NCBI GenBank assembly: GCA_051362555.1
Contig: CM120640.1
Span: 68,798,788-68,862,787, forward strand
Length of the DNA stretch: 64,000 nucleotides
Source of the DNA: Lingula anatina
Lineage: Eukaryota > Animalia > Brachiopoda
Direction of reading: 5' to 3'
How positions within the stretch are numbered: the stretch's first letter is position 1; the number at the start of each line of letters is the position of its first letter. Both the position numbers and the translations under genes were made by a program. Of this stretch, positions 1-12,200 are shown piece by piece. The notes beneath the pieces were generated by a model that saw only the letters and a list, made by a program, of their open reading frames with translations, had not been told where the DNA came from and did not search any database.

Positions 1-1080
1 GCTGTTTTAAAATTCCGTTTTTTATGATAAGCCGGTCAAGGACCCGGATATAGCGTTCCTTAGAGTTATGGATATGAAAAAGGCACAAGCGTATCAAACT
101 GATACAATTCGTTGAGTGATTTGATTCGTCATGTGTTTTGATTCGAAGGAATCAACAACGGCGACGAGGATAAACTCTAGTGCAAGACTGTAAGCCAACT
201 TTCTTTGAGAAAATGGAGGAAAAATGCGAAATTCTGAAAATCGAGCCGTACAGAAGTCGGAGAGGCGCCTGCTAGACGAGCGCGTTGGCTAGAAAGTTTG
301 AAACTCTTCGCTGACGGATTCGGGAAAAGGATTGATTTTTTCAGAACCAACGGACGGAATGAATAATTAGCAAAGACGGAAAATTAAAAATACTTGTCAG
401 AGGAGACGCACGCTTATGTTGCAGGAACAGGTGTACACGATATTTTCAGAACTCTCTCAAACACAGGTGAGAAACATGAATATACATCGTCAGTTAAATA
501 TTTAAATGAAAAGGAACACCAGAAACTGTGAGTATGGTGAAACCGAAGTCATTTGACAAACCACCTCAGTCTAAACGCCAGGAGGTCAGACATAAAAAAC
601 GAAGTAGAAACCCCCTGACTGAGAAAACATGTTACAGATGTGGAGGTAAGGGACACTTTGGTCGTGACCTTTAATGCCCTGCTAGAGGAAAATCTCGCAA
701 CAAGTGTAAGAAGTTGGATCACTTTGCAAAAGTCTGCAAAACTGAAACTATTACCCATGTAAATCACAGTTATGAACATGATAATCCAGGAGTGCATGTA
801 CATTTGGTGTGGAAACTGATGCAAAATGGTGGAAATAGAGATCTATAAGCAGTGTTAATCTCAGTGTTTTACCAGACTCTGGTGAATATTGTAATATCAT
901 TGATGAAAATACGTGGGAAATGCTGAAATCCAAGAAAAATAAATGTGGCTCTAGTGCAGGACCATGAAACAAAATATTATTCATACATGTTTGAGAAACC
1001 TTCAGAAGTATAGTGACATAAAGGATCATTAAGGCAGGCAAAGGAAGAGATCATGCGGAATTTGAAGTGAAAGGACATTT
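1..1080 (+). mobile_element. Decayed Ty3/Gypsy LTR retrotransposon fragment (LTR end, PBS-like site, gag zinc knuckles, protease)
   Basis: AACA followed by a PBS-like (C)GGCGACGAGG at ~154-169. Positions 630-743 translate to CYRCGGKGHFGRDL*CPARGKSRNKCKKLDHFAKVCKT, a double Gag knuckle with an in-frame stop. The aspartic protease motif LPDSGEYCNIIDENTWEML has DSG at 875-883. Stops and frameshifts are present, and no RT or integrase follows. Confidence 0.8.
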
Positions 1081-1176
1081 AATGTAAGATAGAAGTGTTG
1101 TTGTTAAATGTTAATGAGTTGATTAGATTTCAGAATTTTCAATGTGGTTAAAAGAATTATAGTTGGAGTTCATATG

Positions 1177-1177
<1 letters not shown>

Positions 1178-1232
<55 letters not shown>
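1178..1232. repeat. (TA)n microsatellite
   Basis: Pure TA run of ~55 nt. Confidence 0.97.
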
Positions 1233-1234
<2 letters not shown>

Positions 1235-1607
1235 GCCATTTCTTAGTATTTGACATGCAATTGCAACAAACATCTGGATATTACAAGAATCCAAATGCAT
1301 CTAGCATGCTTAGGTTTTCAAAATGATTCAAGCATGAATTGTTTCTATAAACTTAGGTTAAGATCAGCCATCTGTGTTTTAAAAAATAAGTTTCACATAC
1401 TCTTTTAGAATATTATAATAAACGTTAATGTTTTAACATTTACTTTTTATTATACCTTTTATTATTACCTTATGTATATACATGCACTCGAATAAAATCA
1501 GTTGTAGAATTGATAATCACTTTTTTGTGGTGAATATAAATATTAAAGCTTAAATTTAATATATTGCCTTTAAATTCATTTGAAAAATAAATAATTGAAA
1601 GCAATAA

Positions 1608-1968
1608 TTAACGTTGGATGAATGTTGGCACTTTAAAATCCCCAACGTTGGGCCAACATTGGCCCAATGAAGGTTTGTTAGGGGTATGACATTGGGCCAA
1701 CGATGGCAGCCCAACCGTCAGAATTCCAACATTGGCATGACGTTGGCCCAATGCCTTTGGTTGGCCTAATGACGTTGGGCCAACGTTGGCAGGTTGGCAA
1801 AATGACGTTGGGCCAATGCCTGTACAACGTTGTGCCAATGAGCAACCATACATTGGGCCAACGTTGGCCCAACGTCGGTGGTTGGCTTGCCAACGTTGGG
1901 CCAATATTGGCAGTACAACCAACCATGCGTTGGGCCAACGTTGGCCCAATGCCATCCTGCTATCTGGG
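1608..1968. mobile_element. Palindrome-rich repeat (TTGGGCCAACGTTGGCCCAA units), probably one arm of a non-autonomous DNA transposon
   Basis: Many copies of CCAACGTTGG / TTGGGCCAA in both orientations, ending in GCCATCCTGCTATCTGGG at 1968. No matching CCCAG left end is seen. Confidence 0.65.
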
Positions 1969-2579
1969 TCATTTCCTGAATTGGATTGTGGATTGTGGGT
2001 GGACACAGCCGTATGGATTAAATATAAATAGCACAGGAAGAAAACAGAAATTATCTGCTTAGATATTTTTTCAGAAAGTATCAGGCAACGTTCTTTGTTA
2101 TTTCTGTAAGTTTCGCTATTTAACCATGTAATATAATGGCATTTGGTCGGGTTGAGTGGCAAATATTTGACCTCATTTTTAACCTTTATACCTCATATTA
2201 AAGTGAAAGTGAAACGACCCATCCTCTCTGGTCCAATACCACCAGCATTAAATCCTTCCAACTTTCACGTGAATAAAATATCCTCTTTCTATGTAGGGAC
2301 ATAAAAGTCTAACGTATTTTCACAAGAAATGAGGACAAAGCCCAAGTATACAAGCATGAGCATTTGGCCGCTGGGGGATTTTTGTTACACTTCGTCACGA
2401 GTATCAATGTTAAAAATAAACCCTATTAAATGCACCGTTGTGCTCAGTTTCACTAAAACAAAACACAACAAACCAAATATTAAAAAGTGTGAATAATTTC
2501 TAGTACATAAGAGATACAAAACCACAGCTGGTTCATTTGTGATTAATTACCTGAACAACGTGGGTACTTACAGTTGTAA

Positions 2580-2915
2580 TCCCCTGAATTTGGCGGTGCG
2601 CGCGTCGTAATCTGATATAATTGGATAATTTTGATAATTTTAATAGATGGGTAATTTGAGTCAAAAAAGACACAAATTGAAACAACATTTATATAAAGGA
2701 AGGTGTACATATGATATCTGCACAAGTCACGAATACTTTTTAATAAAAAAGGAAAAAACGTACAACATTGAGCTTGCGTTAGACCTTATCGGAAATTTGT
2801 GCTCCTGAGTAACGACCAAGCTAAAGAGGGTGACCACGCCAGTGTCAACCTTGTGACATTGTCTTACCTTTAAGCAAATACAGCGAGGATTGTTTTGCTG
2901 AGGAAAACCAAGAAG
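2580..2915 (+). promoter_or_regulatory. Putative ARMC6 promoter and non-coding first exon (donor at 2916)
   Basis: CpG-containing patch with E2F-like TTTGGCGG and GCGCGCG at ~2588-2604, and AAG|GTAGT donor at 2915/2916. The coding ATG (4234) lies 6 nt after an acceptor (TTTACAG, 4227), which implies an upstream UTR exon. Confidence 0.45.
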
Positions 2916-3529
2916 GTAGTGTTTAAGTTCCTTGCTCTAATGCTGGTAATCATAATTAGCCATTGCAGGGGATAACATAATTCACCAATCAAGTACTTGA
3001 AGTACTGTTGTATCAAGTTGTTGACCAATTTTCTGCAACAATTTACGTTTAATTTATTTTGATAACCGGCACAGATAATCTAGTATCCTATAACCCGCTA
3101 CTTGTGATTAGAACAGAACATGCATTTGCATTAACTTGGGAAGCTGAAGTTGCAAGCTGTGACTGTGATAACTTTTGAGAGGTTAACACTTCTATTGTCA
3201 GTTGCTGACTCATGTGTCTGCAGTATGCGGTAATGACTCGATCTTTTAAATGGGAAAATTGTGAATTTCACAGATACTGTATTTTTTTAAGTCACAATAT
3301 CTTAAAATTAAAACAGTCCTATTGAGTGGTAGCAACAGAACTGAAAGGCAAGATCATACATTATACCCAGTAGTTTATTGTGTATTCTTTACAGAAAAAG
3401 CACAGACACCACAAATGAAACTAAGAAATATATTTTCAATGATTCTGAAATCATGTATTTGTAAACTTTTATAATTTTTCCCTTTTGAGAATATTAAAAG
3501 ATTGAGTAATTACTATTCACGACATTAGT

Positions 3530-3696
3530 CAGGCCAGTAGCCAGCAATTTCAGAGGGGGGGTTCGTTTTCTGAAAAAGTGGACCTTTTACCATAGAATCC
3601 TCAAGTACATATATCAAATTTTATCCAGAGTGGACCTTTTCCCAGCAAAAGGGTGGTTCTTTCGAACCCCCCGAACCCCCCCTGGCTACGGGCCTG
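3530..3696. mobile_element. 167-bp MITE with TIRs and a 5-bp TSD (TTAGT)
   Basis: Left end CAGGCCAGTAGCCAG, right end CTGGCTACGGGCCTG (14/15 match). TTAGT occurs at 3525-3529 and 3697-3701. Confidence 0.8.
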
Positions 3697-4233
3697 TTAG
3701 TATTCATGTTTTGAATGTATTTGAAACATAATTTGGTAAAAATGATGGACATGAATGATAGTACTATAATGTGATAATAAACTTAAACCAAGCAAAAATG
3801 ATGATAATAAAATGCTAACATATACACTTGTTAATCACTACTATTTGTAATAATTAATTTCAGAACACTCAGTCATATACTTGCTACATATCTTAATATA
3901 GTTGCTTGTTGCATGTATAAAAAATGATGAACGTGTTTTCTTTACTAAGACTATTTGTATGGTTTTAACAATGACATCTTACATATATTTGTAATTTACT
4001 GTTGAATATTTTGGGCAAACTTGTATGGTGGATTTGAATTTTTTTACAGTTTGATACCAACTACATCATGTTTTATATGTTCATTGAATAATTATCCAAG
4101 TCTGATTTACCATATCATTTTTCTTTCTACTAATTTTGAATACATACAATGTAAGCTGCTGACATATGTGTTGGTGTTGATAGTAATATCCTTATATAAT
4201 GACAGGTTGTTATTGCATTATTTACAGACTGCC

Positions 4234-7200
4234 ATGGCCAAAAGAATTACACAGAAAACATTTGATGATGTGGTCTGTGAAAACATGCAAGAGTTTGACA
4301 TGTCAGCAGAAGAGGCACTGCAGGAAGCTGAACAGCAGTTTCTGGCACAGGTAGAATTAGGGGATGGGAGGGGCTAATGTGCAGTAGTTGTTGCAGTCAA
4401 ATTGGTAAATTACAGTACAAGGTGAAGTGTGTTATAATCAGCAGATAATGTTTTCTGAATTTATTTTTTCATTGACTTGTATAAGACAATTGACCCCAAG
4501 GACATGTTTAAGATATTTCATTAGTCACAAATTAAAGTGCAGCATCATAAAGATGCTCTTAACATCAATGTTTTTTCTCTAGGGAATAGACCTCAGCAAC
4601 ATAGTCAAAGACATCAGTTCCCACACTGGAGAGGGGACCACACACCCAGTGGTTGCTGCTGTGCAGAATCTCAGTGGTGTTCTAGACAGTGGAGATATAG
4701 ATCCTACCACAGTGAAGGCAGCTTTAGCTCAGATAAAAACAGAATGTGATATAGATCTCCCTCATAGATGTCTTGCTGGTAGCAACAAGGCATACCCTGT
4801 ACTCTTCAAATTATGTCAGAAACTTTCCTCTGACAAAGAACTTCTGAAATGCTGTGTGGATGCCCTCAGTTCACTTCTGAATGGGCAGCCTGACCTGGTG
4901 GACCAGACTGGTATAGAGTACTTCACCAACTTGCTGAAGGACAGTGAAGAATCTGAAGAACTCTGTGAAGCGCTTGTAAGGATGATTCGTTTGACTTGTG
5001 TCATGCATGAAAAGAACAGACAAGCTTATGTAGAACAGAATCTTATTTCTGTACTCATCTCTGTTTTGACTGCACACCAGAAAAGTGCTGGGATTGTGAA
5101 AGAAGTATGTTTTGCATTACGTGTTTTAACCTTTGATGATGATCCAAGGGTCCCATTTGGAAAAGCTCACGAACATGCCAAGATGATAGTGGCAGAGGCA
5201 AATGCTTTGAAGGTGATATTGGAGACGTGTAATGGTAAGGATCTGATAATAATGAGTCAACATCAAGAAAGTGCATGATTATTCATAGATTCTGTAAACA
5301 TTTCTGTAACTTCAAAGTCAGTGATAAATGCAAAATAATCGACTGTGCAAATCATCAAACATTTTGATATTTTTATTCTTCTTATATCTGTTGGATCAAT
5401 TTTAGGCTTTACAGGGGATGTAGCTGTACTTGGGGAGCTGTTTGCAACTCTGAGTAAACTTGCTGTCAGGAATGAGTTTTGTCAGGAGATAGCAGACAGA
5501 GGGGGTTTACAGCTATTGATGACTACCCTCACTGAAAACATGCATCACCAGGTGAGTTCTTTCTCTGCTGTTAAGAATAAAGTGTTGAGATATCAAATAA
5601 AGTGGGTTCTTACTCTGCTGTTAGGGATGAAGTTAAGGGATAAAGCGTGTGTTAAGATATCAAATTATGTCAAAACATATAGTTTTAACTTATGCATGCA
5701 AACATGAAATCTTATTGATATGGACAGGTTTTTTTTTCAAAGAATTGATTATTTTTTTGCCTGTGGTCAAAGCATCAAACCTTGGAAATAACAAAGAAAA
5801 GATGCCAGTCCATCAGGTAGAGCTTTCCATCACATACTTGCAGACAAGGTACTCGGTAATGGGCGATCTCTGTGACAGAGCATTCATCTGTATTTTCAGG
5901 GTTTAGCCAAATATTCCATTGGCTTGATGCCAACATCATACATTTTCAATTCATGGCAAATGTGTCTGGCTGTCAGATGGTTTTTCAAGAATACCAGCAA
6001 TCTCTGTGAGAAATATTTCAATACTTCTGTATTTTCAGGGTTTAGCCAAGCATTCCATTGGCTTGATGCGAACCATTGCAGGGAATGACAATGTGAAGGC
6101 AGCTATTGTGAATGCTGGTGGTGTGGAGCTGATTGTGGGAGCTATGGGGACACACCAGGCACAGCCTCAGGTAGAGTGTGTCATCTTGTTCTTATTTATT
6201 ATAACTAATAGGTGCTATATATGTAACAGTCACTGAGTGTTATAGTGTACTAATACCAAGTACAGGTATCATACTTTGTGTACTTTTTTTTGGTCGAGAC
6301 TGGCATACCTGTATTTTTTTTTTTCAGTCTATCTATGAGTTAAAAGTTAAACATAGCTAAATATGTGATCAGTGTTTTTTTTTTTCTTTTTTTTTTTTGT
6401 TGGTTTCCTTGAAAATGTTGATTTCCTAGTCATTTAGACAATAAATATTTTATGTCAGATATGTGAGAATGGTTGTGCAGCTTTGGGAACACTTGCCCTG
6501 CGCTTACCCCCTCATTGTGCCAAAATCGTGAAATGTGGAGGCCATGAAGTCATTATCCAAGGGATGAAGATACACAAAGATGTCTCTGCTGTGCAGGTAG
6601 CTACAGTTATTAATGGAAAATGAGCAAATACACAAAATGCACTTGTCACATGAAGCATTATATCTATTCAATTACTGCTTGCTTAAAGGGGTTCCTCCAC
6701 CTTATTACACTACAGGGGACTTTATTCTCTTTCACAAATTTGTTACAAGTTTGCCTCCTCGCAAAGAAACATGAACAACAAAGTTTTCCCTACTTCACCT
6801 AAGCACTTCAAGTTACAGATAATTAAGCTGATTACATTGACCTTGCCTTGGCTGAGATATGTCCATCCTGCTGGACTGATAACTTTTAATCTAAACACAC
6901 CCCTGTTGACATACACTTTAGAATTAACAAACTTCATACCCTAGTGAAGTAAAAAAAATACTAAACAAGTATCAAAAGAAAAAAATATATATATCTTGAA
7001 AGAATTTGATTTTATAAAAATAATGCTCATATCCAGATTTTGACACAGTTTGTTGCACCCCTTCTTTAGGTTTGTTTAAGGCATCCCTGATGCTGCTTCA
7101 AGAAAAGGTACCAAAAACTTTTATTTTGATAAAATTTTAAAATGATGTTCAAAATTCCCATTTTCAGAAGCAGGCTTGCATGGCTCTGAGGAATTTAGTA

Positions 7201-7380
7201 GCTCGTACCAGAGAATACTGTGATCCAATCTTGGAACTTGGTGCGGAAGGTTTGATTAACCTGGCCTACCAGCAACATAAAGATTGTACGGATGAAGCCA
7301 AGAGTGCACTCAGGGATTTAGGCTGCAAAGTGGACTTGATAGAAAGATGGAAAGGAGAAAGGGGAGAAATTTCTCAGTGA
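4234..7380 (+). CDS. ARMC6: Armadillo repeat-containing protein 6, 6 coding exons, 465 aa
   Basis: Exons 4234-4350, 4583-5234, 5406-5551, 6039-6170, 6459-6596, 7168-7380 (1398 nt, GT-AG, phases consistent). Recognisable ARMC6 motifs: MAKRITQKTFDDVV.EN..EF, GIDLSNIVK, LTFDDDPRVPFGKAHEHAKMIV, LAVRNEFCQ, IAGNDNVK, KQACMALRNLVAR, AKSALRDLGCKV.L.ERWKG. Confidence 0.93.
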
Positions 7381-9281
7381 GGAGAAAAATGGTTGTCTTC
7401 CAAGTCCCCATGACTCTGATCGTATATATACTGTGAACACAAATGCTGGAACAATTTTGTAGGAAAAACTTTAGTGTAATGTAGTATAACACAAACCAAG
7501 CTGAAAGGAGGAACTTATTTAAAAGTCATAATATATGTTGTTTATAAGTTATTGCTGTGATTTTTTTAAAGTGAATAAAAAGAGATTGACACTGACAATC
7601 CCTCACATGAATCCAATACCCATTAACAATAACAAGTGCTGCAATATTTTTCCAAAGAATGTTTTTTTATTATACAATGATATAGTCCACATGTACAAAA
7701 CTATTACATACATACAACTATTACTATACCCCATCTTTTCCATAGTGTTAGAACAACACCCGAGGCTATGTACATTAAATTAGTATTGTTCAATATTTCA
7801 TCATCTGGCAGCTTCTAAAGCTGCTAAAATACTTTAAATTTTAAACTTTGGAAGCACAAATAGGCTGGTTGTGGTTTCTGGTGTTGTTTTTAAGTCTTTC
7901 ACATTTTGAGGCATTTGTTTAACGTAACCACATTTAATTGAGCAAAGATCTGCTACTTGTATCTTGTATGTTTCTCTGTGCCTGCTGTATTGAAAGAAAA
8001 ACATTTTAAGTTTCAATCTAACATGAATATTGGTGAACCACCTAACCTACCTTTCCTTTGCCTTACTATGAATACCCAACTACATGGAAGATATGAAACT
8101 GAAACTATTCTTTTCAAATTGCACTACAAAAATAAATTCTAATTGTTGTGGACAAAACACTACCTACCTAGTGGTTCAATGTCTACTTAGTTCCTTACCA
8201 GTATTTGCTACTTTGATTTGGCATTTAAATATAACTACATTAATAGGCAAAGTTCAAATTACTTGTCAATGGATGTCTTTCTGATAATACCTGAAAAAAT
8301 ACAAAATACATCAATTTTCTTCCAAGTTACCCAATCACCTCTGAACAAGCAGTGGGCTCAAGATATGAAATGGCATATAAAATGTTTAAATTCATAAGTT
8401 GAAACTAGCACCTGCTCACCTTACACAAAAGAAGCCAATTACCATAATATGGATGGAACACAAATTGAATATCAAATGTAACACTGATGTGAATAAGAGA
8501 TACAATTTATTAGCACAACTTGAGGAAAAAAATGAAAAGCATTAAAGAACTGTCAGCCCTCTAATACTTAATTATAGAAGTGGTTTTGAACTTGCTGTAC
8601 ACCGTTCTTTATTCTCAGCTTATAAAGTTCGTTTTTGACAATTATAATAAAACCACTTGGTCTTCTCAAATGTAACAAAAATAAATTAAATGTATCCTGT
8701 ACAATCCTGCAACCATAAACATACTTTTACTGATGTTGGTGAACAAGTTCTTATGCCTCAACATTCATTGCATTAAGAACTATCTTGAATTATAAACACC
8801 GCATACACAATAACAATAATAATGTATCTCTGTACAACATTTTTCATCATTCACAGACATGATATTGGGTTGTAAATAGAAAGGAAGAACTAGCTTGGTG
8901 ACCGAATGACTGGGGGCTGCTTTAGGCTGAATACCACCCAGAAAAAAGTCTTAAATTCATGAGCTTAATGTTACATGTTCACTAAAAAATAAATGGCTCA
9001 AAATTTTGGACAATATTCTCAATTGTTCCCAGTGCATACATTATTGCAGGTACACAAGTGTACTAAGATTGGTTACATCGTTATGCCACCAGCATTTGGT
9101 AAAACACAGGCCACTGTATTCCTTGTACTTTTTTCTTTAAAAAAGTAACATTAACACATTTTGGAAAATATCTTTGTTCACTTTAAACAACACATGTTAT
9201 CTCAGTTTTTACTCAATCTTTGGACTCTGTAATCAGACTCTACTCTGAAACAATATAATTGGTGTAACATGAAAGTGAAAT

Positions 9282-12200
9282 TTAGTAAAAACGTTTTCTT
9301 GAATTTTCCTGTGATTTTTGAAAGATGATAAAGCCCACCATAAGGCACACTCCTATGCCTATGATAATGAGTATGATGACCACTAACAGCTTCCAGCCAG
9401 ATAAACTGTTCAACATGAAGGCCCCTTTGGCATCATCAACATGGTCTAAAAATAATAACATCAATTATCATGGACTATTTTAAATATACAGAGATAAACA
9501 CAGTTCACATTTAATATACGAAAATATATGTTTATGATCCATTTTTAATTTCTACCTGATGGGCAAATTGATTCTGAAAAACTTTATTGGAATGCAAAGT
9601 GCCAAATAAAATATTCTCTCTTTCAAGTAACAGCATATTTGCCTCTCACACTATGCAATAAAATGAATAATTTAATCTTTACTAACCTCTCGGTGAAGCA
9701 AAAAACTGTGCAGATGGTTCTATTTTGGAATAATCAACACCATCATCTTTCTGAAATTAATAAAATGTTACACTTTCATTACCACTAATAATCTAATGAA
9801 ATGGTGTGATTAACTTTCAGTCACTTTGAAAAAGACTGAAGGCAAAAAACATCACTATAAATGTTACATTTGCAGCTAAAAACACAGACTTTTTTAATGA
9901 GTGCTTAATGAGTTTTTCAGAGGGTCACCATGCCCAACAAAAAGTTTCTTAGCTTAGCTTTTCAATAATATCAAAATGGAAGATATAAATCTCTTCACTA
10001 AATTCAAACTGCACTTACATGTAATATCAATACTTACTCTTTCTGTTTCCAGTTCATAAAATTTAGCAGAGATAATATCATGGTTATCTGAAAATAAATA
10101 GAATGTATCAAATAACATAAAAAGCAGTCCCAGAAACCTTTGGCATCAAAATATTGATTAAATGATGCATCTTTTATACTGTACTATCAAACATGTCATG
10201 TTCTAATCACAATATATAAATATGAACATCACTTTTAGTCATTCAAGAAGAGGAAAACACTTATGGTAAGAACTGCATTAATATATATAAATATTAAAAA
10301 AGAACTAAAAAAAAGTGTCATTTCCAGCTAAGAATTAAAAAGTTAAAAAGTTAAAAATATACAGCAATGTTTGGAAACACAAAATTGTTTGTTAAAATAA
10401 GATAAATTCATCCCCTGTCACATGAAAGCACTCCCATTGTAATCCAACACATAGGAATATTTTGACAGACTTTCAAAGCTGATAACCCAATGTTGTTACC
10501 CAGTATCATGGACGTGCAGATATATATGACACACCCCTCAAATTAACTTAAAAGTCCCACAGCAGGTCTAAGTCTATTATTTCATTACATAACATCAAAT
10601 CAAAAGATTATAAAAGCTTTATACCGTTTTTCATACGTACATTAACCCACTAGCACTACAATGACAGCTATAAACTAAAGGTAAAGTTATAAGTGAATGA
10701 GTGTTATAAACAACAAGCATAAGTTCCACAACCTTCTATGAGCACACACTTAATAGATGGAAGAAGGTTCTGAATTGAATGAGCAATTCGGATATCCCAC
10801 AATCCCACTGATAACAAAAAAAATTTGAAATCAGCAACAGAAAATGGAAATAATAAAATCAGTTATATATTTTCTTAAATATGTGATTGTGTTCCAATCT
10901 GGTTGTACCTGCGAGGTCTCCCGTTGCAGCAGAGAAGCCCAGATAATAGCCAGTGGGCAAATGTACACCTTTCACTTTAAAACATTCCTTCCATTTATTT
11001 TTATTGTTAATGTCTGTGGATACCTGAAAATGGAATGTGATGAAAATCTAGCACTACAATGTTTGGCCTCTAGTTCTACATCATGCTCAAATGACTTGTA
11101 TTTAGGGAAACTATAATTAGTTCTTCCCTATATTCAAGATATAGAGTTTCATGCAACCATTAAAATGGCTCATTCAATAAATTTGGCACCATTCAGTGAA
11201 GGTAGGCTGACATAGGTTTAAAAAGCTTTCTGGTCTTACTTAACAATTCAAAAATGAAAATTCAAAGCTTTCCTCGAAGCTGACAGTAGCATGCCAAACT
11301 CTCAAAAAGACCTTTAATTAAATTTTTCATATAAATATATTGAATAAACCAAATAAGGTTGCATGAAAAAGAAAGTTTCCCACAAAAGTTCATTTAAGCC
11401 ATTTCACTTCAATGAACTTAAATGCACTTCAGCTGAGGTTGATAGGGAAACCAAACACAGTGCAGCATCTACAAGACAGACAGTGTTAAGTGAGGCACAG
11501 CACTCCAAATGTTAGGGCTTCTCTCCATGCAGAGCTGGTTGGTTAATTCATCTCCACTTGGAGTGACCTTTTTGTACCTGCTAGCTGTCCAGTGGCCGCA
11601 CTGAAGCCTAAATAATAGCCAGTGGGTAGATGGACACCTTTCACTGTAAAACATTCTTTCCATCCCCCTTTGTTATTTATGTCGGTTGAAACCTGGATAA
11701 TCATGTGGAGCAAAAATAACCTGTCATATGCGACACCTTTGGATAAATCAATTTCAGTTTGTCAATGTTTCCAGTAAATATGGATGAATATCAATACATA
11801 TATTTTTTAGATAAGCAATTTTTTCATCTAGACAAAATTGACTACTTTATCTGGTCTAAACATTAAATGATTAAGTTCTACTTTAACAAGTCTTGTTAAA
11901 ATTCACAGCTTTTTGGTAAAATAAACTGCTTAACACCATATTAAAACTTACCGTTAATGTGTCATCAGAATACCTGACAGCAACATAAGTGTCGTAAGCT
12001 AAATTTCTAAACAGGGCCTCACAACCTGCCAATTCTGTGTGTGTGCCATCAGCATCGTGATCATAACCCATTGTACCATTGTCCACCATGGCAGAGATAT
12101 AGGGGTGTAGATGCTGAAATACAAAACTAGTTGAAATTTATTATCCATACCAACAATTGAAAGCATACCAGCTAAATTTAAGGCTACTTTTATAAAGTCA

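Noticed and set aside
1608-2162. Overlapping ORFs with LAQRW/NVGP repeats
   Set aside because: They are translations of a palindromic DNA repeat on both strands, with no gene structure.
11463-12116. 11-nt complement (11463-11473 vs 12106-12116) between the 6a/6b intron and the exon 5 acceptor, plus an 8-bp hairpin (11501/11558), as docking-selector pairing for the exclusive exons
   Set aside because: Matches this short are expected by chance in 1-2 kb; covariation evidence would be needed.
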